A program made the position numbers and the translations under genes. A stretch of 64,000 nucleotides of DNA from a virus, in IMG/VR virus record IMGVR_UViG_3300044981_000021, positions 36,881 through 100,880 of that record, one strand, 5' to 3'. The notes beneath the pieces were generated by a model. That model worked only from the letters and a program-made list of their open reading frames with translations. It ran no database searches and was not told where the DNA came from. Shown in pieces: positions 18,378 through 25,190 of the stretch (position 1 is its first letter; the number at the start of each line of letters is the position of its first letter).

Positions 18378-18452
18378 TGGAGCCGAGACGGCGAATCGAG
18401 CGCCGATAACGAGTTTACGAATCTCGCATTCTTCCACTTGAATTATCCCGGC
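18378..18452 (-). tRNA. tRNA-Thr(CGT)
   Basis: CGAGA-TTCGTAA-ACTCG, CCA. Confidence 0.85.
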
Positions 18453-18458
18453 CAAACT

Positions 18459-18533
18459 TGGACTGCCGTGAGCGAATCGGACGCTCGTATAAGGTTTTGC
18501 AGACCTCAGCCTAAACCACTCGGCCAACGGCAG
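18459..18533 (-). tRNA. tRNA-Cys(GCA)
   Basis: GAGGT-CTGCAAA-ACCTT, U73-CCA. Confidence 0.9.
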
Positions 18534-18538
18534 TAAAA

Positions 18539-18641
18539 TCTAGGTGTACGGTCCAAGAATCGCCGCGTTCCCGAATCGAACGGACCAACGCCACTGCTGC
18601 CTTGCAAGCGACCAGCGCCTTGTTGCGCACATACACCTAGA
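18539..18641 (-). ncRNA. Candidate ~100-nt tRNA-like ncRNA
   Basis: 10-bp terminal stem TCTAGGTGTA/TACACCTAGA enclosing a T-loop-like GTTCGATTC; no CCA. Confidence 0.5.
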
Positions 18642-18644
18642 ACT

Positions 18645-18718
18645 TGGAGCGGGATGCCGTAATCGAAACGGCGTCTGGAGTTTGGAAGACTCCGGCCTTG
18701 CCACTAGACGAATCCCGC
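18645..18718 (-). tRNA. tRNA-Gly(TCC)
   Basis: GGAGT-CTTCCAA-ACTCC, U73-CCA. Confidence 0.9.
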
Positions 18719-18864
18719 TTACTCAACGCATACACCGTTCATGTTTGTGGCGGTGCATTCTAAACAAAATTCTACCGCATGTTTAACGCATGGATACTGC
18801 TTCCAGCCATGCCTAGCCATGTAATGATCCCAATGGCTAGCGACCCAATAGCGGGGTCGCGAAC

Positions 18865-18940
18865 TGGCACCAGCGCCGTGAGTCGGACACGGTACATCTG
18901 TTTTGGAGACAGATCGAGCACCCTTTTCGTCTTCGCTGGC
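18865..18940 (-). tRNA. tRNA-Trp(CCA)
   Basis: TCTGT-CTCCAAA-ACAGA, G73-CCA. Confidence 0.85.
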
Positions 18941-18987
18941 AAAAATCTTCTTGAACAACTTCATTAAACGAACTTCCTTTCGTAATC

Positions 18988-19066
18988 TGGCGGTCGCAGC
19001 GGAATTTGAATCCGCGATCTGTTCCGTGACAGGGAACTGGGGACGGCCTGACTCCCCTATGCGACC
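18988..19066 (-). tRNA. tRNA-Asp(GTC)
   Basis: GTTCC-CTGTCAC-GGAAC, G73-CCA. Confidence 0.9.
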
Positions 19067-19248
19067 GAATCTTTACAATGCGTACAGATGCATCCCCTGC
19101 CATGCAATTTAGAGATGCACTTACTGCACCAAAGTTGCGCCCAACCACCACAAAGTTTCTCGCCAATCACGTGCTCCTTTGCGTCCATGACGGTCATAAC
19201 TGCCCCGCTGCACCTGTGGCAAAACCCGATATGTTTCACGTGCGACAT
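19057..19248 (-). CDS. Small Cys-rich protein
   Basis: 63-aa ORF with CxxC motifs filling the gap between tRNAs. Confidence 0.45.
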   Translation of the reverse strand: MSHVKHIGFCHRCSGAVMTVMDAKEHVIGEKLCGGWAQLWCSKCISKLHGRGCICTHCKDSVA

Positions 19249-19253
19249 AAAAA

Positions 19254-19327
19254 TGGCCCCGAGTAGTTGAATCGAACAACTGTTGGCTGATCCAGAGTCA
19301 GCAGTCTTGCCACTAAACGAACTCGGA
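19254..19327 (-). tRNA. tRNA-Gln(CTG)
   Basis: GCTGA-CTCTGGA-TCAGC, G73-CCA. Confidence 0.9.
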
Positions 19328-19332
19328 AATCT

Positions 19333-19366
19333 TGGAGCCGGGAGTATTTTAATGAGCTATCCCGGC
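19333..19366 (-). ncRNA. tRNA minihelix / internally deleted tRNA ending in CCA
   Basis: GCCGGGA-TAGCTCATTAAAATAC-TCCCGGC-T-CCA. Confidence 0.55.
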
Positions 19367-19428
19367 GCGCTCACTCGCGGAGCGTTGTCTGAAAAGGCGA
19401 TCAACCCTCCAGTCGCAACGACGCAAAA

Positions 19429-19502
19429 TGGAAGGGAGTCTGAGAATCGGACTCAGGTCTGATGATCCAAAGTCATCGGCATTGCCATTATGCGAACTCC
19501 CT
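19429..19502 (-). tRNA. tRNA-Gln(TTG)
   Basis: GATGA-CTTTGGA-TCATC, CCA. Confidence 0.9.
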
Positions 19503-19686
19503 AACTCTTCAACGGAATTGCGCGTACGCATCTCGCGCAAATCACAAAACTTGAATCTACATCTTTTTCTAGTTTGCGCCGCGCCTCGCGACATTCTTCC
19601 ACTAGGGCACGATGGTCTGATAGCCCCATGCGGCAGTAATCTATCGTCCCGGGCATTACAATCGCGCCTAGAAGTTCATGCTTCAT
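19501..19686 (-). CDS. Small hypothetical protein
   Basis: AAGGA RBS, 61 aa. Confidence 0.5.
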   Translation of the reverse strand: MKHELLGAIVMPGTIDYCRMGLSDHRALVEECREARRKLEKDVDSSFVICARCVRAIPLKS

Positions 19687-19831
19687 AAATCCTTAACTCA
19701 AATGGCCCAAAGCGGTAACTTGTGTACGGGCTATATCCCCACATAAGCGTCCCGTTCATGCGTAACGTCTTGCCAAAACTCCATGCATCCCAATATGCGT
19801 GCCACGTTACGAGTTTGGAGCCGATAGTCAT
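19676..19831 (-). CDS. 51-aa aromatic-rich protein
   Basis: MTIGSKLVTWHAYWDAWSFG..; AAGGA RBS overlapping the tRNA-Glu CCA end. Confidence 0.45.
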   Translation of the reverse strand: MTIGSKLVTWHAYWDAWSFGKTLRMNGTLMWGYSPYTSYRFGPFELRIYEA

Positions 19832-19838
19832 AAATCCT

Positions 19839-19913
19839 TGGTAGGGCCAACGGAAGTCGAATCCGTATTCACGCCTTGAAAGAGCGTTTACCTAGCCGTT
19901 AGTAGATGGCCCC
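19839..19913 (-). tRNA. tRNA-Glu(TTC)
   Basis: ACGCT-CTTTCAA-GGCGT, CCA. Confidence 0.9.
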
Positions 19914-19919
19914 AAAACT

Positions 19920-20264
19920 TTATACGGTCGCAGAATTGGCTATCACGGCCTCCGCGTATTCCACTAAGGGGCCATAACGCCTGCTATATCTCTTGTTTTT
20001 GCTTTGCTCCTTTGGCGTTGCCCAACGAACATTGCCACGTTCGTAATGACCGTTATTGTTTATCCTTTCTAGTGTTGAACCCTCCGGCCTCGGGCCTAAT
20101 TCTTACATGAATTCGCCAAACGAAACAAATCTAAATTCTATCCCCCTGCCGCCGTAGTACCTGAAATCTTCGCAATTACTATTCATGCAACGGTATCGCG
20201 CATGGTCGAAAGATTTATATTCCCGCTTAAATTGTTTCGTTAAGCCACTTCCCGAAAATCTCAC
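19920..20264 (-). pseudogene. HNH-type homing endonuclease with an in-frame TAA
   Basis: YYGGRGIEFRFVSFGEFM*ELGPRPEGSTLERINNNGHYERGNVRWAT; TAA at 20105-20103; same family as 47598-48365. Confidence 0.75.
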
Positions 20265-20285
20265 CGTTAATCTCCTAAAAAACGT

Positions 20286-20313
20286 TTAGCCCCGCATTGT
20301 TTTTCGGGGCTAA
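20286..20313. terminator. Terminator-like hairpin
   Basis: TTAGCCCCG...CGGGGCTAA. Confidence 0.45.
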
Positions 20314-20432
20314 TTGAACTACGTTAAATGTACTTTCCCCGATTGTTTATGGCGTACCTTCCCCCGCCTGCCATTGGGCTGGTGTCGGGAAGCAATCGGC
20401 ATGAAATTGAACATTCATTGGTTAATGAAACA

Positions 20433-20462
20433 AGCCTAAAGCATGTCTGCTTGTTCTGTCAA
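20433..20462 (-). promoter_or_regulatory. Sigma70-like promoter inside the tRNA array
   Basis: TTGACA-18 nt-TAGGCT. Confidence 0.5.
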
Positions 20463-20470
20463 GAAAAAAG

Positions 20471-20547
20471 TGGAAGGCCGGATCGGACTTGAACCGACAA
20501 CCTCAAGATTCGGAATCTTGCGCGAGTTCCCTTTTCGCTTCCGGCCC
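20471..20547 (-). tRNA. tRNA-Arg(CCG)
   Basis: CAAGA-TTCCGAA-TCTTG, CCA. Confidence 0.85.
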
Positions 20548-20550
20548 AAA

Positions 20551-20627
20551 TGGTCCTAGCGACAGGATTCAAACCTGCATTCAACTGTTTAGGAAACAGT
20601 GCCGTTGTTCAGTTACGGAACGCTAGG
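20551..20627 (-). tRNA. tRNA-Arg(CCT)
   Basis: ACTGT-TTCCTAA-ACAGT, CCA. Confidence 0.85.
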
Positions 20628-20631
20628 AAAA

Positions 20632-20932
20632 TCGGCCACAAGTCAAACTGCAAACTTTCGCTAGCTACTTCGTCCTTCTGCGCTGGGCCACTCACGACGG
20701 TTAAGCTCTATCTATCCCAGCCTTCGGTCGGCTCTTTCCTCCGATTAGGGGCGTCATCTTCCAGACTTTTTGCCAACTTCGTTGGTTCCACTAGAACCAT
20801 TACTGGATTGCATCTAACTTCGCCAACGCGACACTAGATCGACTTTCGGGAGCGGGTTAGATACCCGTTGCTTGGCCAAGCATCCCCTCGGCTAGTCGTC
20901 CAACCGGCAAGCGGCAGTTTTTTCGTGGCCGA
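20632..20932 (-). ncRNA. Candidate ~300-nt multibranched ncRNA
   Basis: Closed by TCGGCCAC/GTGGCCGA and AAACTGC/GCAGTTT, with many internal hairpins, between two tRNA-Arg genes. Confidence 0.55.
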
Positions 20933-20953
20933 AATAAATATAACACGGGAAAA

Positions 20954-21031
20954 TGGTGCAGGATAGTGGACTCGAACCACTCGCCTCGGCTTTCGTAGAA
21001 CCGCGCTCTAGTCCTGATGAGCTAATCCTGC
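20954..21031 (-). tRNA. tRNA-Arg(ACG)
   Basis: CGGTT-CTACGAA-AGCCG, CCA. Confidence 0.9.
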
Positions 21032-21036
21032 AAACT

Positions 21037-21111
21037 TGGGAGCGCATAACCGGGTCGAACGGTTGTCTCTTAGGTAGAAGCCAAGGCTCTGTCCTGTTGA
21101 GCTAATGCGCC
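21037..21111 (-). tRNA. tRNA-Arg(TCT)
   Basis: CTTGG-CTTCTAC-CTAAG, CCA. Confidence 0.85.
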
Positions 21112-21118
21112 ACAATTC

Positions 21119-21194
21119 TGGTGGAAGTGAGACGATTCAAACGTCCATCGGCCTACTTAAAAGGTAGGGGTCTTAATCGTTAGACGACACTTCC
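21119..21194 (-). tRNA. tRNA-Lys(TTT)
   Basis: CCTAC-CTTTTAA-GTAGG, CCA. Confidence 0.85.
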
Positions 21195-21199
21195 AAAAC

Positions 21200-21274
21200 T
21201 GGTGGAGCGCAATGGACTCGAACCATTGTTTCCCGAGTAAGGGTCGGGTTGCCTAGCCACTGACGGAGCGCTCC
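21200..21274 (-). tRNA. tRNA-Lys(CTT)
   Basis: CCCGA-CCCTTAC-TCGGG, CCA. Confidence 0.85.
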
Positions 21275-21280
21275 TAAAAA

Positions 21281-21358
21281 TGGTGCGGAATATTGGAATT
21301 GAACCAATGGCCTCGTCCTTATCAGAGACGCGCTCTAAGCCAACTGAGCTAATTCCGC
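21281..21358 (-). tRNA. tRNA-Ile(GAT)
   Basis: CGTCT-CTGATAA-GGACG, canonical arms. Confidence 0.92.
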
Positions 21359-21359
21359 A

Positions 21360-21435
21360 TGGTGCCGGAGCCAAGACTCGAACTTGGGACTTCCTGCTTG
21401 TAGGGCAGGCACTCTGGCCGCTGAGTTAATCCGGC
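21360..21435 (-). tRNA. tRNA-Val(TAC)
   Basis: CCTGC-CCTACAA-GCAGG, CCA. Confidence 0.9.
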
Positions 21436-21437
21436 AC

Positions 21438-21512
21438 TGGTTGAGGGCGATGGAATCGAACCATCCCGAAACAGTGTTTATAAGACGCCGCAGCGCTCCA
21501 GTGCTGCCCTCA
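21438..21512 (-). tRNA. Atypical tRNA with TAT anticodon (Ile?)
   Basis: TGAGGGC/GCCCTCA acceptor, compact D arm, CGGCGT-CTTATAA-ACACTG, TTCGATT, A73-CCA. Confidence 0.7.
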
Positions 21513-21517
21513 AAATC

Positions 21518-21593
21518 TGGTACGAGTGGGAGGAATCGAACCTTCCGACACCGTGGTTATGGGCCACGTAATCTACCACTGATCTACACTCGC
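21518..21593 (-). tRNA. tRNA-Met/Ile2(CAT)
   Basis: CGTGG-CCCATAA-CCACG, A73-CCA. Confidence 0.85.
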
Positions 21594-21818
21594 TCAACTT
21601 AAACCGCCTACGCGCCATTTATCGTTGATTTGCGCGTATTCCTGCTCAATCTTTCCAACCCGAACCACGGTCCAACGGCGTTCATTCATAAGCGATTCTT
21701 CGTGGTCGAAGGTTACGACGTTACCGCGCTTTAATCTCCACGATGCATCTACCCATGCAGTCGTATGGCGAACACCGCCATTTACTTTACGCTCGAATTG
21801 GACTTGAACCATCCTCAT
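21594..21818 (-). CDS. Hypothetical protein
   Basis: 74-aa ORF filling the gap between tRNA-Asn and tRNA-CAT. Confidence 0.55.
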   Translation of the reverse strand: MRMVQVQFERKVNGGVRHTTAWVDASWRLKRGNVVTFDHEESLMNERRWTVVRVGKIEQEYAQINDKWRVGGLS

Positions 21819-21825
21819 AAAAATA

Positions 21826-21913
21826 TGGCTGGCACGAGAGGACTCGAACCTCCAGAGGGTTGCCCCACTTCATTAACAGTGAAGCCCGCTACCAAATTAC
21901 GGTTTACATGCCA
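21826..21913 (-). tRNA. tRNA-Asn(GTT) with a long variable arm
   Basis: CTTCA-CTGTTAA-TGAAG; V arm GGG-GCAA-CCC; G73-CCA. Confidence 0.85.
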
Positions 21914-21932
21914 ACGTTGTCTCCAAAACCAA

Positions 21933-21964
21933 ATGGGCCTTCAGGTTAAGTTTTGAAGGCCCAT
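21933..21964. terminator. Strong hairpin at the 5' boundary of the tRNA array
   Basis: ATGGGCCTTCA/TGAAGGCCCAT. Confidence 0.45.
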
Positions 21965-22107
21965 CAGGAAAGGAGGATGCAATGAAAATGAACTCTTATC
22001 CCGAACGCGCCCGCACGACTCGCATTCTAATGCGATTTCGCTTTTCGCGTTTAGGTATCAAGCTCATTGGTCTAATCTACATCAGCGATTTGGGAAAAGC
22101 AAGAAGA

Positions 22108-22362
22108 TTATTGAACACCATTCCAAGACTGCAATCCTCGCAATCCAGATTGGATATTACTAAATCCTCCGGTAATGGTTGGCGGCCAATATGGCGAAGT
22201 ATTTGGATAGCCGAACGGATATGGCTGAATCGTTGGCTGGGTTCTGTAGCGGCCACAAGTAGGACAATAACCACAATTAGGACAGACGCTCCCAAAATGT
22301 TGTGCATAATCTGGGTTGATTCCTTGGGGTTGATAATTTGCTGATTGAAAATCGTTGTACAT
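22108..22362 (-). CDS. Hypothetical Pro/Tyr-rich protein with CPxCG motifs
   Basis: CPNCGYCPTCG. Confidence 0.45.
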   Translation of the reverse strand: MYNDFQSANYQPQGINPDYAQHFGSVCPNCGYCPTCGRYRTQPTIQPYPFGYPNTSPYWPPTITGGFSNIQSGLRGLQSWNGVQ

Positions 22363-22374
22363 GCCGTAATTATA

Positions 22375-23163
22375 CTATTTCCAGGGTGACCCAGAGTGGA
22401 TAATCTTCAAATCGGTTTGCGGATCATCGAGAACTTGCAATGGCATCCAAAAGAACCCCGATAAGCCCCATCCCGAACCCCACGAATTTTGAATCAATAC
22501 GGCGGGAGGGCAACCAACGGGTCGAAGCGTGGGCGTTTCTCCAACGTCGCATCCAACCATTAAAACTTCGTGCCCTCCCATGACTTCTTCCCCTTGGGCG
22601 GGAATGGGCATAATCCCCGTTTGCGCTAGTTCGTCACTCTCGAAAGATGCATAAACCGTGAATCCAACCTCGATTGGCCATGGAGTTGGGTCGCCAATAA
22701 CACTTAACGCTGTTTGCGATCCCGTTAGGCCATGATAAGCGCCAAGTCTAAATTGTGCGGCATTGGCATCCTGCGAAGTTGTTGGCTTTTCGATATCCCC
22801 AGCGATATATGGGTAGACGGATAATTCGCAGCACCCACTGACGATCATAGTATTACAGAGCGTTGTACCATCTGCTCCAACGTCGTTTGGAAAGTTGCCT
22901 TGGGCGATTAATTCCTTGGCGTAGGTATATTGCGGAGAGAAAATTGGGGATGCGTTGAGATATTTGCGATGAATTAATTCATTGGCCGATGTCCCGGCAT
23001 GGCCCGTACACGAACCCTCTTGGCCTTGGTCTTTTATGGGGCCACACCAAATTCTTAGATCGACCACGGGAGAAGCAATCGTGGCACGAGAAAGCATTCT
23101 ATGGGCGGGAAGCGGCGCGGGGATATTGCGTCCGTAGCGCCGCCCAATTGTGCTGATAGCCAT
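22375..23163 (-). CDS. Papain-like (C1) cysteine peptidase
   Basis: IKDQGQEGSCTGHA (Q, C), GGHEV (H), IQNSWG (N). Confidence 0.9.
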   Translation of the reverse strand: MAISTIGRRYGRNIPAPLPAHRMLSRATIASPVVDLRIWCGPIKDQGQEGSCTGHAGTSANELIHRKYLNASPIFSPQYTYAKELIAQGNFPNDVGADGTTLCNTMIVSGCCELSVYPYIAGDIEKPTTSQDANAAQFRLGAYHGLTGSQTALSVIGDPTPWPIEVGFTVYASFESDELAQTGIMPIPAQGEEVMGGHEVLMVGCDVGETPTLRPVGCPPAVLIQNSWGSGWGLSGFFWMPLQVLDDPQTDLKIIHSGSPWK

Positions 23164-23766
23164 TTACTTCGCTATCCCAAGGGTAACGATGCGGGTGAAC
23201 TTGCTGTGCTGATGATAAACCACCAATTTGGAGCACTTTGCCTCGCCGCCACAAACTTCACTCGTCCAACGAGCCTGAATTCCTTCAGGGGTTAATGGCA
23301 CGGGAGAGCTAGCCGCAATCTTAGCCTTTTCCTTTAGGCTTGAAGCGCTAGTTAGTTGTGGCAGGAGGGCCAAAACCGCGCTAAGCGTAGAAGTGATGAC
23401 GGCATCCCAAGCAGTTACGGTTTTGACCGCTGCGGGGCTTTGGACGTGTACCGCTGCTAGTTCTGCGGGAAGGTTGGCGTTGAATGTAGTGATGGCCGCC
23501 TGCAACTTCTGTAGGTCGGTAGTAGAGTTGCTAGCTTTCCAGGTGTCGTAATCCTGCTTGATTACGTTCAGCCCTGCGGTAGCAGTTGCCACAAACGCAC
23601 CTAAAAGAACGGCGTCGGGTGGACTGACAAGCGCCACGGCGGGGGCTAGAGCGTTGGCCATTTGTAGGACGACGTTAATATCTGCCAGCGCCTGATCTAC
23701 CGTACACGCGACCATGGCAAAGCAAAGACTGACTGCGAGGATTGACGAAAGAATTTTGTTCTTCAT
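23164..23766 (-). CDS. Lipoprotein in the lysis cassette
   Basis: MKNKILSSILAVSLCFAMVA-C lipobox; helical body. Confidence 0.7.
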   Translation of the reverse strand: MKNKILSSILAVSLCFAMVACTVDQALADINVVLQMANALAPAVALVSPPDAVLLGAFVATATAGLNVIKQDYDTWKASNSTTDLQKLQAAITTFNANLPAELAAVHVQSPAAVKTVTAWDAVITSTLSAVLALLPQLTSASSLKEKAKIAASSPVPLTPEGIQARWTSEVCGGEAKCSKLVVYHQHSKFTRIVTLGIAK

Positions 23767-23770
23767 AGAT

Positions 23771-24043
23771 TTATATTTTACCTACATTGATTGGGGTTGT
23801 GTTGGACTTTTCGCTAACTGCTGCAATAGCAGAACTTGGCGGCTTCATATAAAGCGCCTTCAGGGTCACTAACGCCGTAACGATGGCAGTCCTGGCATAG
23901 TGCCTGAGACAAATAGCCGTAAAACACCCGCCTTCGTCAACCGCGTGGGCGAAGGTTGCTAGAAACGTGGCCCCAAACGTGGTGATGGCAGCCTGCCATG
24001 GGGCGGGAAGTGAAGCCCAAAACTTTTTAATCTTAGCGATCAT
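23771..24043 (-). CDS. Holin-like membrane protein
   Basis: Two hydrophobic segments; next to the endolysin. Confidence 0.5.
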   Translation of the reverse strand: MIAKIKKFWASLPAPWQAAITTFGATFLATFAHAVDEGGCFTAICLRHYARTAIVTALVTLKALYMKPPSSAIAAVSEKSNTTPINVGKI

Positions 24044-24064
24044 TTCCCAAGACTAGCGGAGTTA

Positions 24065-24307
24065 TTAGAGCCAATTCGAGTAGCGCCTGTTGCACGCATC
24101 CTGCCAATAATCCCAACCGAAGTAAAGGCTAATTTTGTCGTTGATGCAATTACTGTTAACCCACAATTCTTCCACGTATGGATCAAGTTCGGGGCCAAAA
24201 AGAATCTTAGTGTCTTGAAATGTGGTGATTTCTATTTGCGAAGGCGATTCTTTAAGGATGATTACCGCTAGCAGCGCGAGGATGATAAAACTGCAAAACC
24301 AGCGCAT
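24065..24307 (-). CDS. Small membrane-anchored protein
   Basis: N-terminal hydrophobic helix. Confidence 0.45.
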   Translation of the reverse strand: MRWFCSFIILALLAVIILKESPSQIEITTFQDTKILFGPELDPYVEELWVNSNCINDKISLYFGWDYWQDACNRRYSNWL

Positions 24308-24398
24308 ATAGAGAGGCGGGCTAGGTGGAGGGTTTTTGGTTCGAGAGAGAGCCTAGCCCGCTTGCCTTGTCGGCGTTGTGATAATAACAGAATGGCAA

Positions 24399-24824
24399 TC
24401 ATGGATGAGTTGATGCAAGTCGATAAAAGTGCAGACGCCCCAAATCGCAGGTTTTAACCTGACTGCCATCTTCGGCCCATTTCGGGGGATTTAAATCCAG
24501 ACTCATATCGAAATAAGAAGTCGCACCATTTGTTGGATCAGATACGCTAGGCATATCACCGCCAACGTCTCCTGCCACGGCTACACATTCTAGCCACGAT
24601 GGGTCGTTTTCCATGGGCCACTTGGTTGCGTTTGGGTCATTGTGATTGAAGGAAGAAAACTGGTATGGCATCAGGATGACCGTCCAGTACGACCTACCCC
24701 ACCACCCGGGATTGTTCACACGATTGCGGATCGTCCACGCTACGGCTTGCTTGGTTAGCAATAATTCTCCCCTAGCTTCTCGCCAGAGACATAGCGCAAG
24801 TAAACATTGATCTTGTGGGGTCAT
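24399..24824 (-). CDS. SleB/Hydrolase_2 cell-wall hydrolase (probable endolysin)
   Basis: LWREARGE..AVAWTIRNRV..YQFSSFN..DPTNGATSY..HFY. Confidence 0.9.
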   Translation of the reverse strand: MTPQDQCLLALCLWREARGELLLTKQAVAWTIRNRVNNPGWWGRSYWTVILMPYQFSSFNHNDPNATKWPMENDPSWLECVAVAGDVGGDMPSVSDPTNGATSYFDMSLDLNPPKWAEDGSQVKTCDLGRLHFYRLASTHP

Positions 24825-25045
24825 GCACCCTTTCGTCTTACCCTATCCCAGAATACTTGGCTGAATCCACAGGTACATTCTTCCCTAGGTGATGGACATG
24901 ATCTATCGTGCCCCGAGCAGGGGATTTCACAAACTGGACGGGAAAAATCATCTAGTTGGTATGACTGCCTTTTTTGAATTGGTTCGCCACAATTGGCGCA
25001 TTTTAGGGTGTTTACTGCCTTTAAACTTGGACCTGAATTGAACAT
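24821..25045 (-). CDS. Small Cys-rich protein
   Basis: 74-aa ORF coupled to the endolysin. Confidence 0.45.
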   Translation of the reverse strand: MFNSGPSLKAVNTLKCANCGEPIQKRQSYQLDDFSRPVCEIPCSGHDRSCPSPREECTCGFSQVFWDRVRRKGA

Positions 25046-25190
25046 TATGAAACCACCATGAACAGCTACGATCTTCGTCTGTGTCGATCCAAGGAAGAGA
25101 AACCGCCATATCGGACCTCCGCGAGCGAGATAAGGATTTTCTCGCTAATCGAAGGACTTTTCAAGCATTATTTTATAAGTCGTTGAGCGA

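Noticed and set aside
20632-20932. tmRNA or RNase P RNA
   Set aside because: No tRNA-Ala-like ends or CCA, and GAGGAAAG is not followed by the conserved UCC of RNase P P4
14014-21956. Track ORFs overlapping tRNAs (e.g. 14256-14465, 16487-16726, 18719-18964, 19349-19594, 21180-21374, 21384-21602)
   Set aside because: They run through clear tRNA cloverleaves and have no protein motifs; at most a short 18719-18820 ORF is plausible
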